64,000 bases of DNA from Tubulanus polymorphus (Eukaryota; Animalia; Nemertea): positions 9,203,222 to 9,267,221 of the forward strand of contig NC_134030.1 in NCBI RefSeq assembly GCF_964204645.1, read 5' to 3'. Shown here one piece after another: positions 39,201 to 54,200 of the stretch (position 1 is its first letter; every line of letters starts with the position of its first letter). Position numbers and translations under genes: made by a program. The notes under the pieces were generated by a model. The model made no database searches. It was not told the origin of the DNA and saw only the letters and a list, made by a program, of their open reading frames with translations.

Positions 39201-42200
39201 AGGCCCGATCCCGAACTACAGCGGGTGCATTTTCATCGCCGGGGAGATCGTGCGAGAAATTATCATTATCAGGCGCGTTAGCGTCATAGGACATAGGGGT
39301 AGTAGCATTAGAATCGACAATAACGATACCGGGTACACCTGATTTTTTATTCAGATTATCATCATCAGCCGCGAAAGCGGGAAAATCATCGCCGCGATTT
39401 CGATCGACGACGCGAACCCCTTCGACATCGTCGACCGAATCGTCGCGCTTATTTTTAGAATCTACGACTATTTCTTCGACGGAAATCAAACTTACGGGAT
39501 GATGCTGATCGTAGTCGCGAGGCGGCGCCACCGCCAACGAGCCGTACGAGCCCGTGATGCATGCGTTCATTATCGGTTCCTCGGTGAACAGCGGCGCTAT
39601 CGCGACGCCGGCTGACGGCGGCTTGGCGCCGCCGTACGTCGCGGCATCGGCTCGCCGGTTACCAAAACTCCGATCGGAGCGCTCCGCCCTATTGCTGCTC
39701 ATGATCGATCCGTTCGTTTTCAATTTGGACGGCGACGGCTGTTCGGTTACGTGGACTGATTGGTGCGTATGATTGCGGGCGGAGGTGGTAGTCGAAACGA
39801 AATCATCGCGTTCGAAATCATCCGCATCACCGGGAGGAGGGCCCGCAACCGAGGACGATACGTTATTCGCAGGTGCAGAAAGGTCGGAATGAAACGGGGT
39901 CGAGGAGGACGGGTGATCCTGGGTAGATCATCGGATAACATAGGGTCGGAGGAGTAGATTGAAGGGAGAAGGAAAAAAAGAAAAAAAGTATATAATATTT
40001 AAGCATGCAGTTATTCAGGAACAACTCAAAAACAATACAGAACAATAGTTGCAACAATGACCTGGAGAGTCTACTACTAATTAATACCATTCTACCACTG
40101 CCTTGGTTTCATTGCAGACAATGCTCCATTGAAATCATAAATTGGACTCAATTTCTAACTTAATATGTTAAGCATTTTGCTGCAATTCAATATTAAGAGT
40201 TGACATACGTGCTATTCTCCAGTCCTTAATCTGCGGTCTATCAAGCCCAATGCACACGACACAGGAAAACACAAAAACATGTGACAGGAATGTGTTTCCA
40301 AGCATTTCCCTGTGTCATGTACGTTTAGGTGAAATGAGAAACATGGTATGGGAAACGATGTTTCCACGATCAAACAGGTTTGATTTTGTGCTTCCATGTT
40401 TTCCTACATTATGCGCAACTTGCCCCACGACTGAACTTGTCATTAGTATTCATCAACTCTCCAGGCAAAACAATATTTCTATTACTGAGGCCAGGAACTC
40501 AATGCTAACCGGTTCAATGGTATTTCACTGTTTTACCGTGGTATCTCAACACCATTTCCACAACACTAGAATCAACTAATTTTCAAATTGAATCAAATTC
40601 TAACTTTAAACAGAAGACATTCAACCACCGCTAGATAAACAACCTACCCTATAAAAGGACTTATCAAATCTTGGTTTACTGAAAATGATGCTATTCAATA
40701 CCCTGTGAAAACCTTATGACAAAAGCTTAAAATTTAATTCTTTTTTATTGATAAACCGTGTCCTGGCCCCAGGATTTTCACTACATTTTACATGACAATA
40801 GCATTAAATTTACAGCCTTCAAGTCCACGATATCTGATTAATCGGTCTCGAGTTAATAGTTATTACTGACTCTTCAAAGGACATGACATTGTTACAACAT
40901 GCTGCTGATTAAACGGTATTCCGATCGAATCGGGTTTAGAATGGGAACTGCCGAGAAATTGATTCGGTACAAACACAAAACGCAAAATGGTATTTTTGAT
41001 TAGAATGCGATAAAATCTCTCGTTATCTCTACAACAACTCTGCTCCGTTGTGTACGAATCCAATTCGCACGCTTTCGACAATCGAAATTCGAATCCGGTT
41101 TTTCGTTTATTGAGATATTTCCGCCGTTGCTATAGTAACAGTCCCTCGACGTGCGGGGAAATGAATTTTATTTTACGAAAATAATGAGGCTTCCATTGTG
41201 CAAACCGAGTCCTTCGAGCTCAAAGCGTCAAATTCGATTGATAGAAATTTCATATCATTTTTAAAGAGACACTATCCGCTCATGTTGTTTATGATGACGA
41301 CGACGTGCAGGCTGTTCATTTAGAGAAATTGAATCTGTGCTGTAAATTGAGATTTACGTACATCAGTGTGTAAAGAACGGCTTTGAAAATCTGTATTCAA
41401 TAGCGGGCCTATGTATTGCAGTAAAACAATAGCAAAATAAACATGAAACATTGTTCTTGCCTATTTCAGGGTGGCCACTTAAAATGACTTGCTTATATTG
41501 TGACATGCACGTCGTTTTCTACTGGACTAGATCAGCTAAAGCCTAGCACACATCGACACTGCGATTGGAGACAACTAGTTGCAAGGCAGTTTTCGGCGCA
41601 TGAAAGGAACTGGCTGGATACGATCAGTTGCTTGAATGTGTCGATGTGAGCGAGCTTACGATTGGTAAGCGTCGATCTATCTCCAGTTCCAGCCAGTTGC
41701 CCATGCTCTACTTTTGAGCAACTGGTTGTACTCAATCGCAGTCATATCCGTCGATGTGCGCGCTCTGGATCTCGACGATCGACACGCGCCATGCAGTTGC
41801 TGCAACTGACCGGTTGTAACTAGATTTCGATGTGCGCGGGGTAATCGTTCGGTAGCAACTAGTTGTCTCCAATCGCAGTGTCGATGTGCGCTAGGCTTAA
41901 GAATCCAATCGATTAACGCAAATCAAATATGTAAGACATAGACGGAACCCGTTTCATTCGCACTCTAGCAATCTCAGCAAATTTGAACCGACATATTCAT
42001 GATTTTGAGCTCTTTTGCTAATTTTTTTAAGAAAAGAAAATTCCCAGATTTTCCCTGATTTCCAGTTAAGTGGCGCCACCCTGTTATTTCATCACCATGA
42101 GCAACGCTGAATGAGGTATCGGCGCTGCTACTGTGGCAAGCGAGGATTCCACAAGGTACGCCGGTAACCGCGCTTCCATTCCTTTTCGCATTTCAATTAA

Positions 42201-45200
42201 GTTCCGATCAACTTATCTCATTAGTGAAGCGATTTTCGGCGAAATCTATACCATACATTCACCGTAAAACATCCACTAAAATCTTAAATAAATTCGACGC
42301 CTCGTTTGATAGCGATAAAATTCCAGTTCTATGTTTATCCAAAAAATGAATTAACTTTCGCTACCCTGGAATTTAATTGCTTCCACATTTCAATTAAGTT
42401 CGCATCAACTTTTCTCATTAGTGAAAATTGCTTGAACCATAGCTGTGTGATAGAATTTGGATTTCAGAGCGTAACGAACCAGTTCTGTTGAAATTGAACT
42501 AATTTTAATTACCCAGGGCGCGAAAGTATAACCGAAAGTACTGTCGCACACTCTAGTGTGTGCCGATACACCATTTTACAATATTTTCCCTAATCGCCAA
42601 TTTATCTTAATCTTCTCTGTTCGTAGAAGGTTAGTACGTTTAGTCGGTGTGAATGAGACATTCCACGTATTAGGCGCCGAAAGGGCCATCGCGACGTTAA
42701 ACTTTCCAAAAGATTTCAACGACATCATGCCGACCAAAGAGGATTAGCATCTCGGGCGACGGAAATTGAGTGCGGCGTAATCCACCGCGATCGTCCCTAA
42801 ATCGTGTTCACGAATCAGACGAGATCGATTCAAAGAAAAATCTATCGAGTACCAAAAGCGTAACCACAAACATTTCTATACCAAGATCTACAGATGATTA
42901 TTCTTTTTGCATTATAACACAACGATTAAAAGATGATTTCATTTGCAAAATTTGAAAAGTCAATTTTCGACCTTCCTAGTGGATGCACGACTTACAAAAA
43001 CCTTACAAAAGGAACCCATGCTACGAGCGATGAATCAGGCAATCCGACTGAAGAAGGCTACCCGGTTCTAAGACAAAACTTTTTTTTCTATTTATTTTGT
43101 TTCGTTCGACTATCGTCCGTTCGATACGAATACTATTAGATTATTGAAAGCACAGCGAAAGAACTGAAATTCATCATGAGAACGTACGTAAACTACACAC
43201 GATATCACGAAAGCGAGTAGGAAAAAAAGGAAAAACGAACGGAATACGTTTATCGATTAAAACGTCGTCGCGAAACAGCCGCTGAAAATACTTACTGGAA
43301 CGTGGTTTTGCATAGCGGTCATCGATTCTCGCACGATCGAAGGCATTCCGGGAAGACCAGCGATCGCCTGCGTAGACAGCTGAAAGTGTGTCACCGACGC
43401 CGTTATGTACCGTCGGATCATGTCTTCCACTTGCTGCGTATTAATCGGTTGCTGGAAAAAGATGAAAATCCATTAAACGTGTCTACACTGCGGTGCGGTG
43501 GATAACAGTGATGGACTTTGCTAATACACCGCACCACGGTGTATTGATAGTAATCGGTTATTATCTTCATTGAAAGATGGCAGCAACTGTCTAACATAGT
43601 AAAATAACTAACGCTCAACCTTGAGCCAGAATGGGATTCTCATAGCAGGGAGGTGGTGGTAGAAAACCTCGCCGCTCATAGTTCAAAGACCTATGCAGTA
43701 ATCAAGCAATTCTGTTAATGGCTTCTTACCTGACCCTTGACCGAGTGTGGCTTGACGACCAACACAACCTCTGGAGCACCTTCAAATTTAACAAAAACGT
43801 GGACCTCATCTTGAGCTAATCTAACTTCCGACTTCAACTGCAGAAAATAAAGAAAAATTGAGCTGTTTTATGATAGAGCGAATGCTTTTTTCATAGATCA
43901 AATCTTATTCCAGTCGGAGTTTCTTGCTAGTCCTCGTGTAAATAAAAGACATTGACAAAAAAAACACCATAGACATCAAACAACGGCTAACATGGAGATA
44001 TATACTGGTAAAAGCATATATAATTGATCGGGGTCGATGGCAAGGATTGCCGCGATATTACGTCTCTGAAAAACCAATTCGATAGATCATTAAATAATAC
44101 AGACACACCAAACAGCGGAGGAAAATAATTTATTGACAGTAGGTCTACATTAAACGCGCCAGGCCCAGTTACCCGATATACGTAAGAGAACTACAGAATA
44201 CGCGAATACTAGTACATAATTAAACCAGTACTGTAGCTTTAGTAGCTTGAATTTGGATGGCTAAAAATTCCGAAATTTGGATATAGAAGAAATGGATTGG
44301 TTCCCCGAAGAAAAAATCGAAGGAGCAGAAAATCTAACCAGACATGATAGCCGCGATCACACGAACACGATTTGGCCCGGGCCAAATTGGCACGGATCAG
44401 GCTCGGGCCATATTTGGCCCGTGCTTAATTAGAGAGTTGCGTTAATTCACACGCAAACCATTCACTCGATACTAAACAATGCTCAAACAAAGCGAAGTGG
44501 GTCATTTCCGGTGCCAGTTGCAATTCAAACGCAATCATTTGTCTGGTGCTAAAATTTGGCTCGGGCCTGGTCCGACATTTTTGGTCGGGTCAAATTTGGC
44601 CCGGGCCAAACAGGCTCGGGCCCATTTGGCACCCGTGTGAACAGTTGTTCCTGGCCAAATTTGGCAGAGGCAGGAAAATTCTCGTGTGATCACGGCTGAT
44701 GATAATATACATCATCCCGTAGACGAATTTCAAATCAGAAATCCGAGATATCCCTCGCCGTATAATCCAACCGAACGTATAAATTCACATCAGGACAATT
44801 GCATTTCCTCGAAGTCACGTGAAATGTGCGTCTGGGATATCGCCGTACATCGGTTTTATTTTGTATTCATTTATCAGGATTCCCGAAATGAGCTCGCGGC
44901 TAGCTTTCGGCTATTATTATTCATTCCCGTGTATACAAAAGCTCGGAGAGATTGGCTGAGGTTGAGAAAGCGATAATGAACGAATGAGATGTAGTTATTG
45001 CCAGGTAATACCAACTACTACCAACACTGTACAACCGTACTACCAGTACAACCGTATTCATGAGATAATTGACACCGAACAATCTCGCTTGCGGTACAAT
45101 ATGGACACAGAGAATTGATTGCTAAATCAAAAGCCACTATATATACAACTTAAAATAAAATTTTTGACGCCATAAAAGCTGTATCAATAATGTTTATATA

Positions 45201-48200
45201 CATCGATACCTAGTATGCGCTGTTTAAGGGGTTCTGTGCGAGTCGATGTGCACTTTGTCATCATTACTGGTGTTCACAAAACATCGACTAAAATTATGAA
45301 TTTTGGCATTTATTTTATAACTTAATAGGCCTATCATGTCTCTTATTTCCTATTCTATAAATTTCCATGTCTTTTTAATAATCAATTTTGAGTGCGATCG
45401 TCATCAATGTTGGGCTAGACTGGTTAGACTGCTTAAACTGCAGGAACACAGTAAGCTACTTGCTTGGTGATGTCGTTATTAGCCAATCGGAGATCCCGTT
45501 TTATTTTAGTCCGGGTTTTTAGTTTATCCATGAAATTTGCCCCAGTGTTTATACAAACTGATTTGTCGCAAGTTTTCTTGCGGCAAACCTGGCTATATAG
45601 CTATGCACCGGGTCCAGTGTGGCAGTGCTTCGTGCCGTGGCGAGTCTCGATGTCTACTGGTTCAAATCCCTGTCGGGGGGGGGGGGGGAGGATTGGATGG
45701 GTGGCTATTGGAAGTTCTGGAGATGTAATCGGCGTGGTTTCATACCTCATGAGCATGCATAGCTTTGACCCGAGCTTTTATATGGTATTAATCCCATAAT
45801 AGATGGCATGTGGTATACACATCATATGAAACCATGATTAGTAGCTTTTAACCTCTGATGCAAATTGATTCTACGCAAACATTGTACGCATGTAAGAACT
45901 TCATTTTCATGTCTTTTTGATAATGAATTTCGAGTGTGGTCGTCATCAATATTGGGCTAGCCTGGTTAGACACGGCTAAACTGCAGGATCACCGTCGGTT
46001 ACACTGCGCTAATAACTTAACTCCACTTTCGATCGTCTCCAGGTGAAATTCTACTCGGTAAATCATCGGTAAATCTTACTCAAACACTGGCGTATTGTGG
46101 CAATCATTTGCAGAGCTTTCGCTGGCGGTAACTGCCATTTATCAGATGTATTCAATAAGAACGCCTGCTACTGCCAGTGAATTACGAGAGAGTATCTCCA
46201 GATAATTAATTTGACCATACGTATCATATGTTACCCGAGCTAAATAAGGACAGCGCATAATGAGCCGGTGTACATTGTGACTACAGAAATGTTTGAAATG
46301 TAATAATCCTACTAGTAGACAGATATTAATCTCAAAATTCAGAGATCGTTTAAAAATCCATAGAAGAACAAACAGTTTCATTTTTCAAATATCATGTTGA
46401 ATAAGTCGAACGTTTTCGGGTTAACATATACCCCTTCTCAAGACAAGTCACAAACGATGCGAAACTGCAGTACATTAAGATATGAATTTAACAGAAACAG
46501 GTCTATAGTGGTGCTTAAAATAATAATAATAATTATAATTTATTTTCTTATAAAGCCCAAGTCTAAAACATAATCATTGCGCTTGCCATTAAAAAGAAAA
46601 CATACATAAAATAGAGACACATATTTAAAAAAATAGCGGGAGGTTAGTCAAAAACTTCCTGAAACTGCTGGAATGAATCGTCAAAAATTCATCACCACAT
46701 GTGGGATTTTCTCAGTAATAATCCTAGTCGCAAAAAGGATAAATAAATGCAATATGGGATGTGAGAAAACTTAGTTGTTTTGTACCCCTGTTGTTTTTAT
46801 GACCGACCGATGAGCTAGAATGCCTCATTAACGCTCTAATAGAATAGACCTATCGAAACATGGATACTGGACTCTCCGACTCCTGCGCATAGATCCTTCA
46901 CATTATTTGCAGCCATAACCAACTAGCCTACAAGATAAGTGTAGTTGACTAAATCAGCTACTTCGACAGAATTGGCTCTTAACTCATAAGCCCCAAGACG
47001 AAAGTGGTGGATTAGCCACGAATTTAATGCCAGACTTGCCCCGAACATTGAATCGAGAAAGCTCGGTGGAAGAACCGGACAGCTGCTGCTGTGATAAACA
47101 CACGCGCGTATGTACAGATTTGGTCGAATGCTTTGACAGTATTGAGCGACACGTCTCGGCCCAGGCTGTCACAAATAAGCTGTCACAAGCCGCAATCACA
47201 CGGAGACAATTTGGCCCAGACCAAATTGGCACAGATCAATGAATTTGGCCAGTACCTAATTAGAGAGCACGTTCACACAAAAACCACTCACTCAATACTA
47301 AACAATGCTCAAATAAGCGAGTGCTAAAATTTGGCTGGGTTCATTTGGACATGGAGTGAACAGTTGTTCCGTGCCAAATTTCGCCTGGGCCAAAAATGCT
47401 CATGTGATACAAATGCTATTGAGACAGTTCGGTGGAAGGACAGGGCAGCTGTTGTAAAAAACCGAAAGTATACTCGCGCACTATGTACGGATTTGGTCGA
47501 ATGCTTTGACAGTATCGAGCGACACATGTCTCGACTGTGGCTGTCACAAATAACCGAGTTTCCGTCATATTACGTTAGAAATGGCGATGACACTCTATTA
47601 ATGGAACATCATGAAATTAATTAGCGAATGCCAGTTCCCAGCTGTCGCAGAGCTGAAGAAACAGTGAAATAATGAACACCGAACAAAATTACGCTACATA
47701 GACCTAACAGGCGATGTTCAGCGATGCGGAAGAGTGCAGAGCGACGAATAAAAAATAAGGCCCGTAAATATCAAGTTTGTCAAAACAGAAGCCGTTCCAT
47801 TAAACCAAAAGTTATTGCTGTAAAACCGCGCGCTTCGGTCGGAAGATAATAAGCCGGTGCTCGAGCTGTCGCGCGTCGTAAGGATGATAATACCGTTGAA
47901 TCGGAAGTTGCTTAAGCAGTAAAACAAAACGAGCACCGTCGATTAGATAACGCATCATACTGACATCAATGCGTAGTGTACAGAAAAACCCATCAATGAT
48001 ATTTTCCATGATGAGAACATGAAATATGCAGTATTTAGTTAACAACGACCGATACACGTAGCTCATAACCGGTCTATTTGCATCACACTCGTAACTGTAC
48101 AAACATCGAAAGCGAGCCGATTTTTCTAGTAGCATTAGTAGCAACCGTCACTCGTCTGCTGCGGGAGTATCGGAATAAAAGGTGCGCAGGGACAGCGCGG

Positions 48201-51200
48201 GCTACACAACTGGTTCAATGAACGAATAGCGCGTCTGCGAGGAGCTGATAAAACGTCCTCCCACATTGTATTAAGAGGTTTACACTCAAATCAGACATCA
48301 GCACACGCGCCCGATCAATAGTACTTAAACAACCAACCAGCCTGTCGGAAAAAACCTAGCTCGAGGCACACTTTCCGACTGACTGACTCGGATGAAGAGT
48401 ACTTTTATACCTTCAAACCGTGTTCACTGTTTTAAGCTCTTGCATACTTGAAAGCGTCAATGCAAAATTGAGGTGGCTACCATCCTACCCTGGCAGGAAT
48501 TTGAACCTGATAACACGGAGACGCGTATGAAACCCTGCCGCACTGCTACATGCGCAGCTTGGATGATGCCATTATTAGCCAAACAGATATCCCATTTTAT
48601 TTTAGCCCAGGTTTTATAGTTTATAGTTTATTTATAGTTTATCCTAAAATTTGTCTCAGTGTTTATACAGCAGGCAAACTGATTTGCCGCAAGGCGGCAA
48701 ACCTGAGCACCAGGTCTAGTGCGGCAGGGTTTCCTACTGTGGTCAGTCTCGATACCATCAGGCTCAAATCCCTGCCAGAGGATGGGTGGCTACATGCACC
48801 AGTTCTGGAGATGAAATCAGAGTGGTTGACCAGAGCTTTTATTCGGTATAAACCGCATAAATGATAGCATGGTATCGAATACAAATCATGAAACCATGAT
48901 TAATAGCTTTTAACCTCTGATGCTAATTGATTCTACGCAAACAATATACCCATATAAGAACATTACGCTGGCAATATTGCGTGTTTGATGTCCATAACAT
49001 TTTAATTCTACCTAACATGTACTGGAAAACATCTGTACAACAACCACAGTGGTACTTTATTCGACGACGGATCCGAGTCCATGTTTGTACAACTATATCT
49101 CAATCAGTTAATGATTAATGTATGTTCTATACCTGCAGCTGTTAGTAGGTATTCCCGACGTTTAGTCACCTATCATAATCAAATATCTATCACTTCGACC
49201 ATTTCTCGTAATTCACTTTCAGGGCTGATTAACATTGAGAATCACCTTATTACCGCAGTGGTCATAAAGCTATTCTAAGTTATTCTACTTCAGCAAATCT
49301 CAGTTTCATCAGTTAGTAGGGTTTAAATCTGGAGACGCATAAAGTTACGTTTTGATACTAATGCTTAAGCATATGGTTGATGACGTCATCAGGTCAACGA
49401 CTGCATAAGCTCGCTAGATGTTGTAAAAACTGATAACTTAAAATCTTAAAATTGTTCATCGAAGTTTATCGAACACCGCTAAAAATTGCGCGGCATATTA
49501 TGTGTACAGGGGCGGATCCAGAGCAAAGGGGTCAGGTTGCCCTTCTCCAGGAAAATATTGAAAAAGATACAGATGCCATTTCCGAGATTTGAGCTTGTTT
49601 CAACCAAAGAAAAATACATAGGAGCCTTTAGAAGTCGTCAACAGTACCAAATTTTTCACAGGATATGATTTTCCGGGGCCAACTGAAAATCTAGACGGTA
49701 GCGACTATTTCCATGGTATATGGTGGAAAATACAGTATTTAAAATTAATTACATAAACGGTTATAAAAGCTTTTAAAAAACTTAATAAGGTAGCACGGGC
49801 CCCAGGTGCTACCCCTGGATCTGCGCCTGGTATAGCATGGGCTTTAGTCTGTAAAATGGCCAGGCACTTCTATAGCATCTCCGAACACAGCTTACGTTCC
49901 GAATTCCATCCACGCCATAATTTCTATAATAATATAACGGTGACAGCGCTGTTGAGCCTTTATCTAGCCACGCCACTACAGTGACACTCTAGTCCCATTC
50001 ACGCTTCTCAGAAGATGGCTTAGATCCAGATATCAATACATCACGAGATTCCTGCCACTGCGGAACGCTGCAGACTGTAGTATGGTCCTCCCCCCCCCCC
50101 CCCCGTCTCAATTCCTAGACATGACTGTATAAAGATACTCATCGCCCTGTGGAGACATGCCACACAAACCTTCTACGGTGAGTTTTACAAAAGAAATTAA
50201 CGCTTTAATCAATCTTAATTGATGAATTGATATTGAATATATCTTTTCATATAGAGCGTTTAACTTTTTCGTGAGACTGGGCCCGAGCTGATCATTCAAT
50301 CATGGGTATCATTACAGTCATTGCCCGTCTCAGACGTCTGGCCAAATATGACTGCAACAGCATGACAAATCTAACACGCAACTGCAATATGCGCACATTG
50401 TCCTGCATTGGCGAAGCCCACAAATGGTGACTCTTAACCTAGAATCGTCAATTCCAACTGCATGCTTTTCTAAACCTTTAAATAGGGATGCTTTTCCCTT
50501 TATTCATTTGATTTGGTTCTTAGGTTTGATGACCATTACAACCTCACCACATCTGCTGTGAACATTACGAGAGTTTGACTCTGAATCAGAAAACAAAGTA
50601 CAGATATAGTTGGACTTTACAGATGATATTTCCTAAAATCTCTTAACTTTGAAATAGGGATGCTTGCCCCTTTATTCATTTGATCTGGTTCTTAGGTTTG
50701 AGGACCATTACAACCTCACCACATCTGCTGCGAACATTACGAGTTTGATAATTGGGAATTTCAGTTCCGGTTTGTGCTAGCGATCTAGATGGTTTTTTAG
50801 GCAACATCGGCCCACGTACCTGGCCGTTATAACCATAAAAAAAACCCACCAGTTATTCATGCAATATCAGACAAACACATGCGGCGCGTAGAACCCGAGG
50901 GCAAAACATGCTTCAGCCTCATCTTCCTTAATCTAATCTGTACAACACATAGTGGAACAGTAATTGGTGCCATCGGTCATCTCGCGTTTCATCCGCCACG
51001 AAACCCAGCACTGAAGAAGGACATATCATGATAAGTAGAAGATAAACTACTAACAGACAGACATAAACCTACCTACCGAGATAGAAAGAAGGAGCGGACA
51101 TGAAAGGCTGAAGATAATAAGATCAGTCTCGACTGGGAGCAAATTCAGGGTTATAGAAACAACTGGAAAATTCATTTACGTCCGTTACACTGATCGTATA

Positions 51201-54200
51201 GATCGGGGAAAAAATTTTGGCGTGTACACTCGATGGCGGTCATGTTTACCGAAACTGAAGATTTAACGGATGAGGCATGGCAAGTAATGAGCCAGATATC
51301 GCTACAACCAAGCATCGAGCAGAATCGCCATAAGATCGCATCGATTTCAAATAAACTTACATGGAAACCGACGAAATAAAGCCAGACGACGTGCTTGAGA
51401 AGTTAATCTCAATGTTTCGTTTTAGTTGTAAGAAATACTCATACGGGATACACGTCCACTCAATACTGTAGATGAGTTTAGAAAAGTACGCTTCTCCAAA
51501 TGGAAACTGGATTGGGTAGAAGACTTAAACAGTTTCATGGCTAAAGCAACGCTTGGGGATAGTATTTCAAGCATTAGATAATTCGTTATTCAGCCGAAAT
51601 AGTTGGTAGCGAGTTTCTGCATACCTCATAATTCTACACAATCGGATTGCTCGGCACAGGCATCGCAAACCATTTCCATGGATAGGAGTAGCCGCTGATA
51701 ATCAGGGATAGTTGGCAGCAGGTGTCAAACCATGGTTCTAGTATCAGCAAGATTTCTAACAACCTAATAAATAAATCTGAACAGCGCAGCCTAGCAAGCT
51801 ATACTTAGGACATCGTAACCAGTTTTCCCTGAGAGAAGATGAAAGCTAGGGACAAATCTTTCACCGAGAACCTCTTCTAGAATTCAAAGCCTAAGAAACC
51901 CTGCCAAGTGAAAACCAGTTTGAGAAGCTATGTCATCACAAATGGTTATGGCAATAAACCAATTTGTGGTTTTGTAGACCAATAACATTGATTTGATTTA
52001 GATGATAAGTGGTTGGTTACCTAGCGTAGATGACCAGTTGTACTGACACACACCTGGTGGACTGACGAGTGCCAAAGGAAGAATCCCCAACTGCCGCAGT
52101 AGCCCGCATGCACGCAACATTAAGCACCCATCATATCACCACGACAATAACAGTTGCATGTACATCATCATCAAAACGTATGGAGATAGTTATTGAGAAA
52201 GGTATGCAGTGGTTAGAGGACACATTCAGAGTCATCTCCAGTCGGTATTTAGGATGGATGAGCTTATTTCCTGGCGCAGCAACGACAATTTCCGGTGCCG
52301 ATGATAAAAAGCGTATAGTACAAGTTGTTAAGTCGCAGCCGATACATGCTGCACGCACAGTGGTCAGTCGTATGACAATATGTACTGACAACAAAGAAAA
52401 TATTTGATGTTACAAGACATTCGTTGCATCAGTTGTAGCTTATAGAATGTTGTCAAGAGTTCTTTTATTCCGAGTTTTTCAGCCGAAGGTAACTGTAATA
52501 TCCATGTGTCAATGACTTCAACCGTGATTTCGCAGATTTTGATGCATGACACCAAAGGAGCGAGTCACCGCATCCCAACACCAAACCAATGCCACGCAGT
52601 GTGTCAGAAAATATAAGTTTAATTCTTAATCAAAAATGAACACAAGGGGGCCAGGTTGTGAAGTCATGGCTTTAACTTAAGACCAGTACAAGACCAACTA
52701 TAGCCCATCTAACAACTTAAGACTAGTCTTAAGAAGATTTTAAGACCACTTTTGTAAGTCATGACTGTGCAAATTACTGAAGGTTCCTCATCGTTTCAAC
52801 GAGGACAATTCATGCATAGCCATATCAATCGAAACATTAACCAGACAGGGAGCTCAACAGTTCTGAATGAAATAAACCAATGAAAATTAACCCACAGCTG
52901 CGGAACTATAGTTGCCTATTCCTGGAGCCAGGTGTAACAAAAGCATTCAACACTAATTTTACGTTATTCATAGTCGGTTACTTCATATTTTCAGAGCCGA
53001 ATTATTCCGGGCAAATGGAAGAGAATCTTGTATCATTAATAAGAAGTTTTTGCCATTTGTGACATTATGATATTTTTTCTTCAATTTCATTTTTCTATTG
53101 GGTGAATGTGGGCGTGTATAATGTGATTGCCTGATTGAAGCAGTGTGCGCTGAGGAGACCGAAGCATTTTGCTTCCTGGGCACCTTCGATGACATTACAG
53201 CTCCTGTAATATGTTCATATATGTATTTGATTAAATATCTATAAAAACACCTGTTGTATCATGTTACAATTTCAATATAAATTAAGATTATTATCATCAT
53301 TATTTATCACACAAATATATAGCAGACTTCGGATATTTTGTAACCATAAAAATGTGTCCATCTAGAGTCGTATCCGAGATTACGTATTTCATATAGTGCC
53401 CGACTGAAAATATTCAAAAACATCTGAGTTGAACGGTTATCCGAGTTGGGTAGGGTCGATCTTATCCGGTTTACAATGGAACGAACTCTTTCTTTCGCTC
53501 ACGCTCTCACGTAAATAATACCGCAGCAGCGTCTAGGAATAGCAACACGGCGAGAGAATTGATCAGTAACAGAGCGAGATCATTATTCCTCATCTCATCA
53601 TCGATACACAGACAGATACATCGGTGAATCAGTATTCAGCCACGTACTAAAGACTCCGCTAGCCGACAACTACAACGCATTCTTCGGCTAGGATTCCACC
53701 AGCTCCGTTTAGCAGCAGCAGCAGCTCTGATCGAGGTTTACGCTAATAGTCGGTCTGCTACTTTTTACGAGAGTTCATCTGCATACGAGTTCCTCCTATG
53801 ACTATGCGATTACATACAACCGTTCTAGACTTCATAGTATTACAAAATCACTTGTATCTTAAAAAAACAAGCAAAAATGAGTCCTTTCCATGGCGCATTC
53901 CTCTACCGTCTGCATATCAGCCCACCGACCGGTGATCAATTGCAGTCGGAAAGCGAACGACTGTACCTGGGAAGCCGACAGATCATTTTCACGGTAAATA
54001 CTCCAGCCCAAATTTGACTCGCTGGCTCATTAAACTACCTAGTATCTAGTATTCAGCTCACCAATTGGGAATGAATTTACAATGTAAATCATCTTACAAT
54101 GAAGCAATTACTCTTGGTTCTGCCAGAGCAGACAATACAGAATGAATGTCTCCCTATGTTTTCCACCAGAGGAGAAACGCTTCTTTATATGCCCTCGATA

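Noticed and set aside
38671-39723. Stand-alone 350-aa gene
   Set aside because: TTG start; the frame extends to an acceptor at 39918 and has a donor at 38818, so it is better explained as an internal exon.
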